This document shows, piece after piece, positions 23,830 to 35,765 of a stretch of DNA of 64,000 bases (position 1 is its first letter; each line of letters starts with the position of its first letter). The position numbers were made by a program, and so were the translations under genes. The notes under the pieces are model-generated. The model ran no database searches. It had not been told where the DNA came from and saw only the letters and a program-made list of their open reading frames with translations. Source of the stretch: Felis catus (lineage: Eukaryota); the NCBI RefSeq assembly GCF_018350175.1, contig NC_058368.1, positions 173,416,001-173,480,000 of the forward strand, read 5' to 3'.

Positions 23830-24929
23830 AAACCCGTGCACGATGCCCCATCGCCTCAGGGCAAGGCCTTTAGTTGGCTGCTCCCACGTGGGAGGCAATC
23901 CCCTCGCATCACTTAAGCCTCCACGCCAACGCCCACTCCTCACAGAGCACCCTCACCCCAGGACCAATCTGAAGCGGCCACCCTCCTTTGTCCACTCGGT
24001 CTCACCCTTCAAAGCCTTTGCCTCTTGCTTATATATAGGCTTACTTGTAGAGACTGATTTTCCCGCTAGAGTGTCCATGAGCTGGGTGAGAATGGCGCTT
24101 TGTCTTGTCCATGCTGTTTCTCCAGGGCAGAGAACAGGCCTGGCACGGAGGCGGGGGGGGGGGGGGGGGTGCTTAACAAATAGATGTAGAAGGAGTAAAC
24201 GAAGGAATGTGCTCCCTGTCTCTCTTCGTCCTACTCGCCTTGCACTTGACACCACTCTCAGGTGGGGTCTCCCCGTAGGATGGCAACATGGCAGCGGGCA
24301 GCTCCAATGTCCCACCATCGATAGTACCTCACGGTCAATATTCCATCAACAATACCGCGTCATCAACGCACCATCCTCAGAGCGCCGAGTTCAACAGGAG
24401 GAAAAGACTTCTCTCCAACTATCCCACGGTTGCAGCTCATTGGCTCTGACTGGATCATGTGAGCTTTCCAGAGCCAATCCCTGCGAGCAGGGTGCAGGGC
24501 TCTGACTGGCCAGCCTGAAGCCTCGGTCTACCTATGGGGCCAAGAACAGCAGTAGCACCAAAACCTCTCTGCGCTGGCTGGTTCCCCACTGAGAGGATGT
24601 GGAGAAAGCGGCAAAGATGTGAGGCGGCAGACACATCGGGCCAATGCTGTGAGCACCTCAGACACACCAGGTTTGTATCAGGCTCCAGAGAGTCCAAGAA
24701 TAAACAGCACTTTAATACACATTTGCCGAATAAGAACGACTCAATCCCTGATCTCTCAGCTGAGCGAGGGAGACAGATCCGGGTAGTAGTCATAGGATGT
24801 GTTTAGGCCCAAGGGAGACAGGGTTGGGGGGGCCTCTGTGTTCGTCTTGTGAGGTTGAAACGGGCTTAAAGCTCACCAGGTTGCCGGGATGAAATAGGCT
24901 CCAGAGCCAGGGACCTGCTCAACCCAGGA

Positions 24930-25190
24930 ATTCCATGAATTTACTCAAAAGGAGAAGTAAACTATATTGCACAAAACCGGTTGTTGCAGTGTTATTTGTG
25001 GTAGGGGAAAAAAAACTGGAAACGACCCAAATGTCCCCCAGTAGGGGACTGGTTAACTAAATTATGAAACATCCACTTGATGAAATATTCTGGAGCCGTT
25101 AAAAATGATCGTTATGAAAACTACAGAGCAACAGGGGGAAAGGCATCTGTTCTAATGTGCAGTGACAGTGCAGAATACAAAACTGTGACC
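24930..25190 (+). mobile_element. L1ME-type fragment
   Basis: AAAAACTGGAAACGACCCAAATGTCCCCCAGTAGGGGACTGGTTAACTAAATTATG...GCCGTTAAAAATGA. Confidence 0.8.
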
Positions 25191-26609
25191 ATAGAAGCAG
25201 CAGCACGTGCCCTGCCCTGGGCTTGGGGCACAGAGACTCTTGGGATACAATTCCTGTTCCCAAGAAGTTACTGGTCTCAGTGACCTGGAAACAGTAAGGA
25301 CCCTTGGGGGGTGAGAAGGTCAACAACAGAGGAGGAAGGAATTACTTGGAGTCTGAGAAAACTGCCCTGGGAAGTGGTCTTTGTGCTGGATCTTAAAGAC
25401 TGGAGCTTGTAAACAGGTGGGCACTTGTAGAAAAAGGCTTAAAGGCAACACACACACACACATGCACACGAAAATAGTTGTGCTGGTAGAATTATGAATG
25501 ATTTCCCCCTCTTTTTTTTTTTTAAAAATGCCTTTCATGTTGTATTGTTTTTACAATAAAAGCTAGTAGAAAACTGAACTCAGATAAGAAAGAATAATTT
25601 TCGCTACCAACATTTGTGTCTGTAAATCATACATGGGTTCATAAGCACTTTATTTTTTCAACAGAGCAGGGATGTGGGGAGATATTTATTGAACATTTTG
25701 CACAATGCCTGGTCCTGTGCTCGGCCGTGAAGAGATGAGACGTTCACATTTTTCCGGGGGGGAAACAAGGCATAGACATACGACTTAGCACATTTTGAAA
25801 CATGAAATAATTGTTTGAGATGACTTTGGTGGCCAAGGGCTGGGGCACTTCCCTCTGGGTGTCAGAGTGCATGACCTAGGTGAACAGAGGAGGCACAAAC
25901 ATGGGCAGAGCAGATGGTGCTGTGCGATCAGTTTGATTTCAGCTGAGAGACACAGCCACGGTGTGGGGCTTGCCTTTGGTAAAGGACAGGAGGTCAAGGG
26001 TCAAGAATTGGGAAGGGCAGGAGAGGGTCAGTCCAGAGACGTGGAGCAGGACAGAGCTCTGAAAAATTTGCAGGTGGGGAAGGCCCCCTCTGGGGAGGCT
26101 CCAGATGCAGCCTCACATGGCTGGATGGCACAGGAAGGACATGGTATCACATCAGAGACCTCCCCGTGGCGCCACGCCTATAACCAGTCGGTTGTGTGTA
26201 TCACTCAGGGTTCTTAGCTCATCGTGGTACAAATCCTGTGAAGAACCCAGCCAGAGGGGACAATGCTGCCAACACCCTGACCATGGCCGCCACAGCCTGC
26301 ACAAGATACAGCATAGTCCCTGCTGCTACCCCAAACAGAAGATTCTCCCCTGCCCTGCTTCTTTGCTCACTAGCTCCTGAGTCAGATCTGGGGCAAGGAG
26401 CATCTTATTGGCTGGGCTTGGGTACAGACTCACAGGCTGACTGCTAGGGACAGCAGAAAGTGTGTGTCTGCATTTTCAGTTTCCACATCAGGAGGTGAGC
26501 CTCATAAAGTGAGCATCTCTGTAAACAAAGGATGGGCTTCCAGGGCAGTTACTGTTCATCTCCCCAGGACGCCCCAAACTCACCCCCAGCTACTCAGTTG
26601 TAAGGTGAG

Positions 26610-28090
26610 GAGGCAGGATGGCAGACCGAACACCTATATGTAATTGCACTCCCTTCCACTTCCCACTAAAACTACAGCAAATGATTTTTTTAAAAAACAT
26701 CAACTCAATAGGAAGGTGGAGATGGTGGTGATGTGATGTTGGAAGCTGGAAACCAGAAGTGACACCTGACGGAGAGGTCCCAGATAGACAGAACAGTGGG
26801 CTGTTTGAGTCCCAAAAGACACTCAAGTGCTTTCACCCCAAGTCCCAAAGCCTCAGGAACATGCGGCCCCAGGGACACCTGGAAATGGCGATGAATGAGA
26901 GTTAAAACAAGAACACAGCAAAGGCTTTTGTAATCTGTGGGAATCTGGATCTCCAACTCACTCCAAGCTGTTGGGTAACTGCTTCTCAACTCCCGAGCAT
27001 AAGTCCAGAGCTTATTGTCTCAGGAGAAGGCACAGCTAAGAGCTTAGATACTATACTGAAAGTGGGATACAGAATACTTTGACCACCACCCAGCTTCCTT
27101 CTCCTACTCGGCTCCAGAAGCCACAGGGACAGACCCCTTCCCAAGGAGGAGACTAAAAGAGTTTCTCTAAGGAATCTGACCCTCCCCAAATGAAAGACCT
27201 CAAGGCACTGACACTGGTGAATTCCCCTACCAGAAGTCCATCAAGACCTCAGTGTTTCTAATCAGTATTTTGGTACTTAAGCATGATCTGGTGACCACAA
27301 GTCACCAGACATCTGAAGGACACCTCTGTCATGGAATAGAGCAAACAAAGCAGACAAATAGAAGATACAGTGTACAGAAACAAAGGCTGTGTGAGGTGCA
27401 GAAAGCTTTTAAAGATTATTATTAATAATCCCAGGGAGATAAGAGGAAACATTACATCCATGAAGCTCTAATCAAAGGAACATTCAGAGAATAAAAATTA
27501 AAAGAGATTTCTTGGAAATTAAAAGCAGAAAGAAGTGATTTTTAAAAAGGAATAGGTGGATTTAGAAGGCCGATGTGAGGAAACCTCCCAGAAAATAGAG
27601 CAAAAAGACAAAGAAATGGAAAATAAGAGAGGAAAGGTAAGAATATCGAAAAATCAATTCAAGAGACTTGACAGCTGAGTAGCAGAAGTTGAAGAAAGAG
27701 AAAACAGAGAGGGAAAAAAATTGTAAATCAAATATTTCAAGAAAATGTCTCAAGAATGAAGGACACACACTTTTTCACTGAAAGGACCCAAATTTCTCAC
27801 CACAATGGATGAAAACAGACCCACACCAAAGCACAGTGCTACAAAATTTCAGAAGCCTGGGGACAAAAAGAGAAGTCTACAAGTTTCTAGAGAGACTAGA
27901 AGACATGGTATAATGCTCTTAAAATTCTGAAAGAAAATTATTTCTAAACAAGATTCTATATCCAGGCAAACTATCCATCAAATGAGAGTAGAGAAAAAAG
28001 CATCTGCAGGGACTCAAGATCTCAAAAAATTAAAATCTCTTCTGCTGTTTGTCAGGAAGCCCCTGTAGCCTGTGCTCCACAACACAGCGG
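26610..28090 (+). mobile_element. HAL1 / ancient L1 5' region with decayed ORF1
   Basis: A-rich sense strand with GAGGAAACCTCCCAGAAAATAGAGCAAAAAGACAAAGAAATGGAAAA, AGACCCACACCAAAGCAC, AAAATTCTGAAAGAAAATTATTTC, ATTCTATATCCAGGCAAACTATC; multiple stops. Confidence 0.8.
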
Positions 28091-28394
28091 GAGAGGAGGT
28101 GTAGACATGAAAAAAGATGATCAGATGACTGGAGAAAGTTTGAACATTTGTGGTCAAGCATAGTCAGGGCTCCAGAGCCACAATCACTGTTATTCCAAGA
28201 TGAACAGATAGGCACAGTGAAGGTCAGAGGAGCCACCTCTTCCACAAGGTGACACCAAGTAAGGGTGTGACAAAGTACATTCCTAACACGAATGGCCACA
28301 CTAAAGTGGGGACTCTCGTCAACAACCTTCTTACATCCAACCCCATCGCACAGAAGGAAGCGCAAAGAATTCTCTTTTATCTACATCTCTCCAT

Positions 28395-28451
28395 ATCTAT
28401 ATATGTACACACATATATACATATATATACATACATATATATATAGATATA
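28395..28451. repeat. Imperfect (TA)/(CA) simple repeat
   Basis: TATCTATATATGTACACACATATATACATATATATACATACATATATATATAGATATA. Confidence 0.85.
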
Positions 28452-28489
28452 CAAGCCTGTGTATAAACAGGCAGAGGAGCATAAACATA

Positions 28490-28870
28490 AAACATATAAC
28501 TTCAGATTGTGCCAAATGCTTTGGAAAAAAATAAAACAGGTTAGTGGAGTTGAGAGTGGCTATGGGTGAGAGAGGTTGAGACAGGCATCTCTAAAGAGGT
28601 GACGTCTGAGCTGAGACCGGCATAATGAGGTGAGCTGGCTGTGTGACGATCTTGGGGGAAAGATTTATAGGTGGGGAGAATAGCAATTGCAAAGTCCCTG
28701 AGGTGGGAATAAGTTTGACATGTTGACGACGCCAGCAGACAGGGAGGAGGAGAACAGTAGGAGATGAGTTAGAGGGGGTGGGTAGGGCTGTAGTCAGCAG
28801 GGCTGTGGCAGCCAGGATGGAGGGGTACAGGTGACTGGAGGCTCAGGGAGTTTTAAGCAGGGCAATGCCT
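28490..28870 (-). mobile_element. L2 LINE fragment
   Basis: GAGGTGACGTCTGAGCTGAGACC...GCAAAGTCCCTGAGGTGGGAA...TTTTAAGCAGGG. Confidence 0.82.
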
Positions 28871-28884
28871 TGACATTACTTACT

Positions 28885-29330
28885 TGTGGTCACTATTAAT
28901 ATCCTGGGATGGAGATGGCTAACTGCCTTCCAACATCCACTCCTTCTGTCTTACTACAGAATCCTAGAAAAAGGGCTCAGAAAAAAAAAGAAAAAGAAAG
29001 AAAGAAAGAAAGAAAAGCCCCTACATTTCCCAGCCTCCATTGCAGCTAAGTATGGCCAATGCACAAAATTCTGGCCAATGAGATGCAGGCTCTTTGCTCT
29101 TTCCTCCTTCCAGCCTGACATGATGACCGGAAGTCCTGCAGCCATTTTGGACCATGAGGTGCCCTAAGATAAGAGCTATGCCAAGAAGGGCAATGGACAA
29201 GTAGAAAGAACCTAGGTCCCAAATGACCACAGATGGTCTTAGCAGCCTTACACTGCCAACTTCCAGACTTGTTTTATGTGAGAAAATGAACCTTGTGAGG
29301 CTAGGCTGCCATCTTTCAGGTCATCTTGAT
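28885..29330 (+). mobile_element. MLT1J-type LTR
   Basis: CTACATTTCCCAGCCTCCATTGCAGCTA...TTCTGGCCAATGAGATG...GCAGCCATTTTGGACCATGAGG. Confidence 0.82.
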
Positions 29331-29849
29331 TCCTGAATCAACTCCAGGTAGGACTGAGATCTTGCCTGGGACTCTTGGAATCACTGATAGTTTGGAGGTG
29401 TCAGCTTCTTATCTGCCCATTTCCTCATTTCACACTCAGGCAGCAGGTATCTTAAAGATTCCCTCCACCTTCCAAATCTCAGAATGTCAGAAGAGAAGGG
29501 ACCTTTGGGGGGAGGGAAAGACCCCCCAGGAAAAGGTACCTACATTCTTTCTAAAGGAGGGGACTATGGGGTTTTCCCTTTCTTGGCTTCGTGGGGAGAG
29601 AGTAGTAATGGGTCAAATGACAAGCAGTTTTCTATGCTTAAATTTTTGTATCCTGGCCCCTTACTCAGCAACCAGAACCCCAGGCTATGTTTTTTAAACA
29701 CACAGAATTCAGCCTTCAGAGTTGCAATTTGAGAGCTCAGAGCTCCACCAGAATCACCTGGGTATCTGATCATTAAAAATCAGATTTCTGGGTCCACTCC
29801 CCTTAGTCAGGTGCCCATGCAGGCACCCCGCTTTCCTCCCACATGTTTC

Positions 29850-30610
29850 TTTGCCTCCAGGACTGGTTCAGACTCCAGATCCGAACATTCTTCGGCTCAT
29901 CCCCTCCCACATGCAATCTACCAGCAAATGCTGCTGGCTCCACCCCCAGACCTATCCCAGACCCCTCTGTCCACTTCTCTCCATCCACTCTGCTCCCCTG
30001 GCCCAAGCCCCCTCCTGTCTCACTACCGCCTCCTGAGGTTTCCTACCCATTTTCTCCATTCTGGAAGAGCATCCAGTGTTTTGTTTTGTTTTGTTTTGTT
30101 TATAATACCCACCAGAGTGTGGCATTCCACATGTGAAGCTCTCCAATGGCTCCCATTACACTTTGAGTGAAATGCAAACTCCTTTCACTGCTGAATCCTT
30201 CTCACACTCTTGTTCCCTCTGCTTCAATCATTTTCCTCCTTTCCATCCCCGCCTCTCAACATTCTACGCTGGTTCCCACCTCAGGGCTCTTGCCCCTGCT
30301 GTTCCCTCTGGCTGGTATGCTCCTTTCCCAAATTCTCATCATCTCTCAGGTCACAGCTGAAGTGCCACCTCCCTCTACTGTCCCCGCCCCTGGCATTCTC
30401 CGGCACATCTCTCTGTTTTATATTCTACTCTGCAGTTATCTGTGATGCTATGTTTTTCATGTGTTTGCTTACCTATTGTCCTCTTCTTTTCCCACTGGAA
30501 CGTGAAACATCAGCAGGGACCTCAGTGGACATGTTCACCAGACCCTGAGGGCCCAAATGACACCTAGCACATAGTAGGTGTTTCATAAATACATGTTGAA
30601 TGGATGAACA
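29850..30610 (+). mobile_element. L2 LINE 3' region
   Basis: CTCCAATGGCTCCCATTACACTT...CCTCAGGGCTCTTGCCCCTGCTGTTCCCTCTG...CCTAGCACATAGTAGGTGTTTCATAAATACATGTTGAATG. Confidence 0.85.
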
Positions 30611-32304
30611 GATGTGTGCAGCACTTGACCACCCACTGTCCTGTTGAATCCCTACAGCAGGGGAAGACAGTGGGGGCACAGAGGTGTGTGTCCCGGTGGC
30701 TAGATGGCTGGGCCATGACCCATCCACATTCTCATCACCCTAACCCAGAGGTTCACCTGTCTACCACGAGCCCGTTGTTGTGGGGCAGGGAGAACCTGTG
30801 TTTTGCAGTTTCTCTCCCTTCTTTAGCTCCCAGCGCTGGGCTGGTGTCTGCATCCTTACTTCCTTCCAAAGGAGGCTGTGCCCGATGTTCTCAGCCCCTC
30901 CCTGTGTGGCCAGAACCAAATGCTCAAGCAGGAGAAGGGTGCTTGGAGTTGCTGCCTGGTGGGGGAATCTGCCTGCTCTCTGTATTCAGATATTTTCCCG
31001 GAGCTCCTCCTGGTGCTAAATCATTCCTCCAAATTAGCAGGAATGCTCATTACCAACCCAACCACCTCCCATTAGGCAGGAAATGTGTGTCTGCTGTGGA
31101 AGCTTCCCCAGGCCCCAGGCCACCCTCCATCACTCCTGGCTGGGGATGGGGAGTGGGGGCTGACTAGGGAGTGGGGGCGGGCAGCCACCCCTAACTGGTG
31201 GGAGGGCACATCGTTGTGGCTGCAAGTTCCTGTTCTGTGTCCTCACCCATCAGTCCCCCACTCTACCACCCTCTGCTCAGAAGGGCACACACAGATGCTC
31301 TAGCTTTCCAGGACAGTCTGTGGTCCTGCCTCTGTCACAGATCTGTGTATGGGACTTGCTGCTGGGTTTTAAAGAAAGACATTAGGGCAGGGGCATTTGT
31401 AAAGCAGCGAGAGACCAGAAACCATTTACTTATGGAGATGCTCTTAAAGTTCAATCCCTCCATATTGTACAATTTGATGAGAGCTTTTAAAATAGCCCAT
31501 GGGTGCTCTCAGGCTCCTCTCCATTCCCAGGACTCCAGGGCTGTCTGCCGCCCGGACAGGGCCTGGAAACCACCTTGAATCCCAGGCTCCTAACAGATGT
31601 GCTGGGAATCTCCAGCTTACTGTGGGTTTTACAGGCTGCTCACAAGACTGTCTTCAGGGAATGAGACACTGATTAGAACTCAGGAGTAATGGCTCATCCT
31701 ACACAATGTGTATAATAAATACTAGACAACAACAACAACAATAATAATAATTCTGCCTACATCTTCCACGTTGTCTAAGGAAGTGTCAGAAGCACAATTA
31801 CAGATTGGTGAAAAAGCAACATTGAGCCGCTTGAAAATAGCCTCTTTTGGCTCATTAGCAGGGCGTGTGCCTGAGGGCAGGGAACGTTCATTCAGCTCTG
31901 GAATTTTTATCACCACCGAGGCTCCACACATCATACTGCATTCGGGCAGATTTCCTGAGACCTTTCTCCTAAGCATAAGGGGAGCCCTGGAGATCACAGT
32001 GTGGAGAATGCTCATCATTCACTTATCCCACACATATTAAGTGAACTTCTACTATGTGCCAGGCACTATTCACAATGCTGCGGTACTCAGGAGATGGGAA
32101 ACATGTCACTGGCTTTATGGAGGTTTGTCTGTTGTGGTGGAGGCAGACAAGCAAACAAACAAAACCCAAAAGATAATTACAGATAAGTGTAATGGAAAAC
32201 TAAGAAAGCTAAGCAGAGGGTTGTCATGGAGAAAGACAGGGTAAGGGCAGCAGACAACTTTAAATGGAGGAGTCAAAGCAAGCCTCACTAAGGCAAAGCC
32301 TATC

Positions 32305-32405
32305 TGGACCAGTAGCTTCAGCATCCCTGAGAAACTAGGAATGCAAATTCTCAGGCCCCTGTGACCAGGGTTCAACAAGCCCTCCCTTAATTCTGATGCA
32401 TGTTT
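32305..32405. mobile_element. MER5A-type fragment
   Basis: CAGCATCCCTGAGAAACTAGGAATGCAAATTCTCAGGCCCC...AACAAGCCCTCC...ATTCTGATGCA. Confidence 0.7.
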
Positions 32406-33399
32406 GGGTGGTATGTGAGCTAACAGCTGAGTGACTGAAGCAGTGAGCCTAGGGTACTAGGAAGAGAGCAGAGCTATGAGGCCAGCGAGCTAGAGCTCAG
32501 GGTACAGGAGGTGACATGGGGGTGGCCAGCAGGGGCTTCTCAGGCCTTCCTAAGACCTTTGGATTCTGTTCCATATATGCCGCTATTCTCTCACCTACCC
32601 CCTGGCTTCTCCTGGTGTGGTTTAAATGCTCTGGATTTCACTTTCCACCTCTTTCCTGGGGAAAATACAGGAGTGGGCTATTAACTCATGCCCAAACTCT
32701 CAGGAATGTTCAGGTTAGATCCTGTGCCCAGATGACTTAACTGGTCATTTGTCCCCTCCACTCTAGGATGGTGGAGAGGGATGGAGGAGAGACCCTACCA
32801 TTTCTAAAAACAGGGAAACAAAAGTGGTAACGTGAAGGAAAGGTTGGGAGGGTCCAAGTAAAGCAAGACATGATGGTGGGAGTGGGGACACGGGCAGGGA
32901 CCTCACAGTAACTAAGGAGAGATCCGGAAACCCTCACTTTCTCCCAGCATGAGCAGGGAGATTTAAGAGACCCCAGAGCCACAGATAACAAACACATCAG
33001 TCCCCAACCTGCCACCCCATTCCATCCTGCTGCAGGGGCCACGGGGAGACCCACGTGGCATATGGCCACTACCAAACCCATCACGAGCTGCCTTGCAGGC
33101 CACATTGGCGATGTGCAGCCAGGGGGGGACAGACTAATGAGCTTTTGGGGACTCACTGGAGCATTTCTCCTGCAAGTCAGTACAAGCCCCTCCGTGGACA
33201 CTGAATAGCATGCAGGTGAGCACTGCCTGCAAAAAAAGCTTCCTGCTCTGGTTGGTACTCCAGAAGCTTAGTCTGAAGGCTGGCGGGCAGCAGAGAAGCC
33301 AGACTGCCAATTGGAAGTCCCAGCCCCAGAAGCAGGACATACGCAAGAAAGCCTTGATGAACTCAGAAATCAGAATGGCACATAGCGAACTCTGAGGCC

Positions 33400-33730
33400 A
33401 TTCATTCACTCTTCCCATTGTCAGAGTATCTCCTGAGCACATACTACGTGCTGGGGACAATTCTAGGTTCTGAGGATCCCACATCCTTGAACAAAATGGA
33501 CAAAGTGCCTGCTCCCTTGGAACTTACCATTCTAAAGGCATAAGATAATAATAAGCAAGTCAACAGAGAGGAACATTTCAGATTGTGAATAGTGGTATAA
33601 CACACAGGGATGTTTATGGTGGGAGCTACTTACGGAAGGCCTCCTGGGGGGAACTGAGAGAGGATCTGAGACTGGCAGAAAGTGTGTTCCAGGCAGAGGG
33701 AACAGCATGTGCAAAGACCCTGACAGCAAG
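33400..33730 (-). mobile_element. L2 LINE 3' region
   Basis: CATTCATTCACT...TGTTCCAGGCAGAGGGAACAGCATGTGCAAAGACCCTG. Confidence 0.82.
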
Positions 33731-34077
33731 GGTGGTGTCACAGGAGGCAGCACACACTCTTTCCCTTTCCCCCAGAACAGCCCAGGTGCTCCCCTAAGTG
33801 GGGTTTCCTCATACTCCAAGGACTGGTGAAAAAGGAGATCAAATCAAAGACAATAAGCCTGATATTTGCAGGTCCCTGGAGCTCACATTTGGGGAGGCAG
33901 AGAGGGTTAGGGCCAGGGTGGGCGATAAAGCCAGGGGCTTTAGACTCAGCCAGACGTGGGTGAAGGTCCTAGCTCCGTCCTTCGACGGTGTGACCTGGGA
34001 AAATTGTTGCATATCTCTGGGCTTCCATTTCCTCACCCTTATCTTGTTTAGATGTTATTCTTGAAAATGAGATTTGT

Positions 34078-34316
34078 GGGGCGCCTGGGTGGCTCTATAG
34101 GTTAAGCGGCCGACTTCGGCTCAGGTCATGATCTCACGGTCCGTGAGTTCGAGCCCCGCGTCGGGCTCTGTGCTGACAGCTCAGAGCCTGGAGCCTGTTT
34201 CCGATTCTGTGTCTCCCTCTCTCTGACCCTCCCCCGTTCATGCTCTGTCTCTCTCTGTCTCAAAAATAAATAAACGTTAAAAAATTTAAAAAAAGAAAAA
34301 AAAAGAAAAAAAAAAA
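34078..34316 (+). mobile_element. Felid SINE (SINEC_Fc-type), full length, inserted in a MIR
   Basis: GGGGCGCCTGGGTGG head, B box GTTCGAGCC, (CT)n, long A-rich tail; TSD GAAAATGAGATTTGT(G) at 34063-34077 and 34317-34331. Confidence 0.97.
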
Positions 34317-34669
34317 GAAAATGAGATTTGTGAAGCCCTTCAGTAGGTAGCTGCTCCAAACACAGAAGCTGTGATTTCGGCATCAAATTTCAAGCCGCAT
34401 TCTGTGTTTGTTCTGTGGGGTTTATCAAGCACCTACTAACCACAGAAGGGAAAATGACATGATTCTCATACCCTCCTTCCCTGACTTGTACACACCGAGG
34501 GGATGGTATTTCTGGAGAACAACGCAGAGCAGCCCAGTCACTGCAAGGGAACTGTGTACTGTTGTCTTGTCTGCCCAGTTTCCAGGCCTTCTTTTCTGGA
34601 GACAACATTAGGAGTTTCCATCAGTCCCTGAGGGTCAGGCGGGATTCCTCCCGCCTCCGAGGATCCGGG

Positions 34670-35030
34670 CCGGCCATTCAACTTGTGCCAGCACCACTCC
34701 ACTTCAGTGATTGGTCAGGGATGGACCAATGAAAATCGCTCTGGGCCTCAGGCAGAACAGTGGGCAAACCAGCAAGACTAGGGCCTGGACTGCTGAGGCC
34801 CCCCTTGCAGTAGTTTGGGAAAACTTCCAAAGAATAAAGTCCCTTGGACCGGAGCAGAGCTGAGAGAGGGAGAGAAATCGAATACTGATGACAAAGTCCC
34901 TGGAATCACCTGGGCCTAATGCCAGCAGCACTACCTCTGGAGTTTACAATTATGTGGGACAATTCCTTTTTTGGCTCATGCCAATTGTAAGAGGGTTTCT
35001 GTTCCTTGCAACCAAAGAGTCCTGATTGAT
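34670..35030 (+). mobile_element. MLT1K/L-type LTR
   Basis: CAGTGATTGGTCAGGGATGG...GGGTTTCTGTTCCTTGCAACCAAAGAGTCCTGA. Confidence 0.7.
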
Positions 35031-35081
35031 ACAAAAGGTTGCATATGGAGGGATAGAGCTGGAGCCTCCACGAATGCTTTT

Positions 35082-35186
35082 TTTTATTATAAAATTTTAT
35101 TTATTTTTTATATTAAATATAATTTATTGTCAAATTGGTTTCCATACAACACCCAGTGCTCATCCCAACAGGTGCCCTCCTCAATG
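35082..35186 (-). mobile_element. Extremely 5'-truncated felid LINE-1 (3' end only)
   Basis: AATTTATTGTCAAATTGGTTTCCATACAACACCCAGTGCTCATCCCAACAGGTGCCCTCCTCAATG is the recalled antisense 3' end of cat L1; 15-bp TSD TCCAC(G/A)AATGCTTTT at 35067-35081 and 35187-35201. Confidence 0.92.
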
Positions 35187-35279
35187 TCCACAAATGCTTT
35201 TGGATCAGTGATCAGGGAGAGGTGAGGATATAGATTGAGAAATGGTACGAAATTCCACTGAGTGGGAATGTGGCACGTG

Positions 35280-35765
35280 TTTGTTGCTTCTCCACCATCT
35301 GTTTCCTCCCCTCCCCCTTCCCAAACTTACTAGCCATGCATTTGGGTAGAAACAACCCCACAGGCAGCTCGAGGTGAGCCCAGCTTAGCTTAGCCAATCA
35401 GCATTTCCCATTGCACAGTGACAGGTAAATTAATAAAGGAGCACATGACCTATGTCAGCATGATCAAGACTTATGACATTCAATTCTAGGAATCTTTCCC
35501 ACTGGATATGAATATGGAAGCAGGTGGCCTTAGAAGCTTCTGGCAGCCATTTTGGAACAATGAGGAGAGAGCCTGCTAAGAATGGAATCTGTTCGAAGGC
35601 AGATCCAAAATAGGGAAGGACGGTCACATTGTTGGAGTCCTGAACTGAGCCTTGCCTGGAGAAGGAACAATCCCTGACCTCTTCAGCTGAGTGAGCCATT
35701 GTAGTCCCTTTGGGCTTATGCCGGATTGGTTCAGTTTTCTGTCATGGGTAAAAAAGAACCCTTTC
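35280..35765 (+). mobile_element. MLT1K/L-type LTR
   Basis: TAGCCAATCAGCATTTCCCATTG...TGGCAGCCATTTTGG...TGAGTGAGCCA...TTCAGTTTTCTGTCA. Confidence 0.7.

Noticed and set aside
23525..24505. Longest ORF (326 aa)
   Set aside because: Starts at GTG, runs through L1, L2 and MLT1 remnants and a G17 run, and shows no recognisable domain
32341..32348. Octamer ATGCAAAT
   Set aside because: Part of the MER5A consensus, not independent evidence of an enhancer
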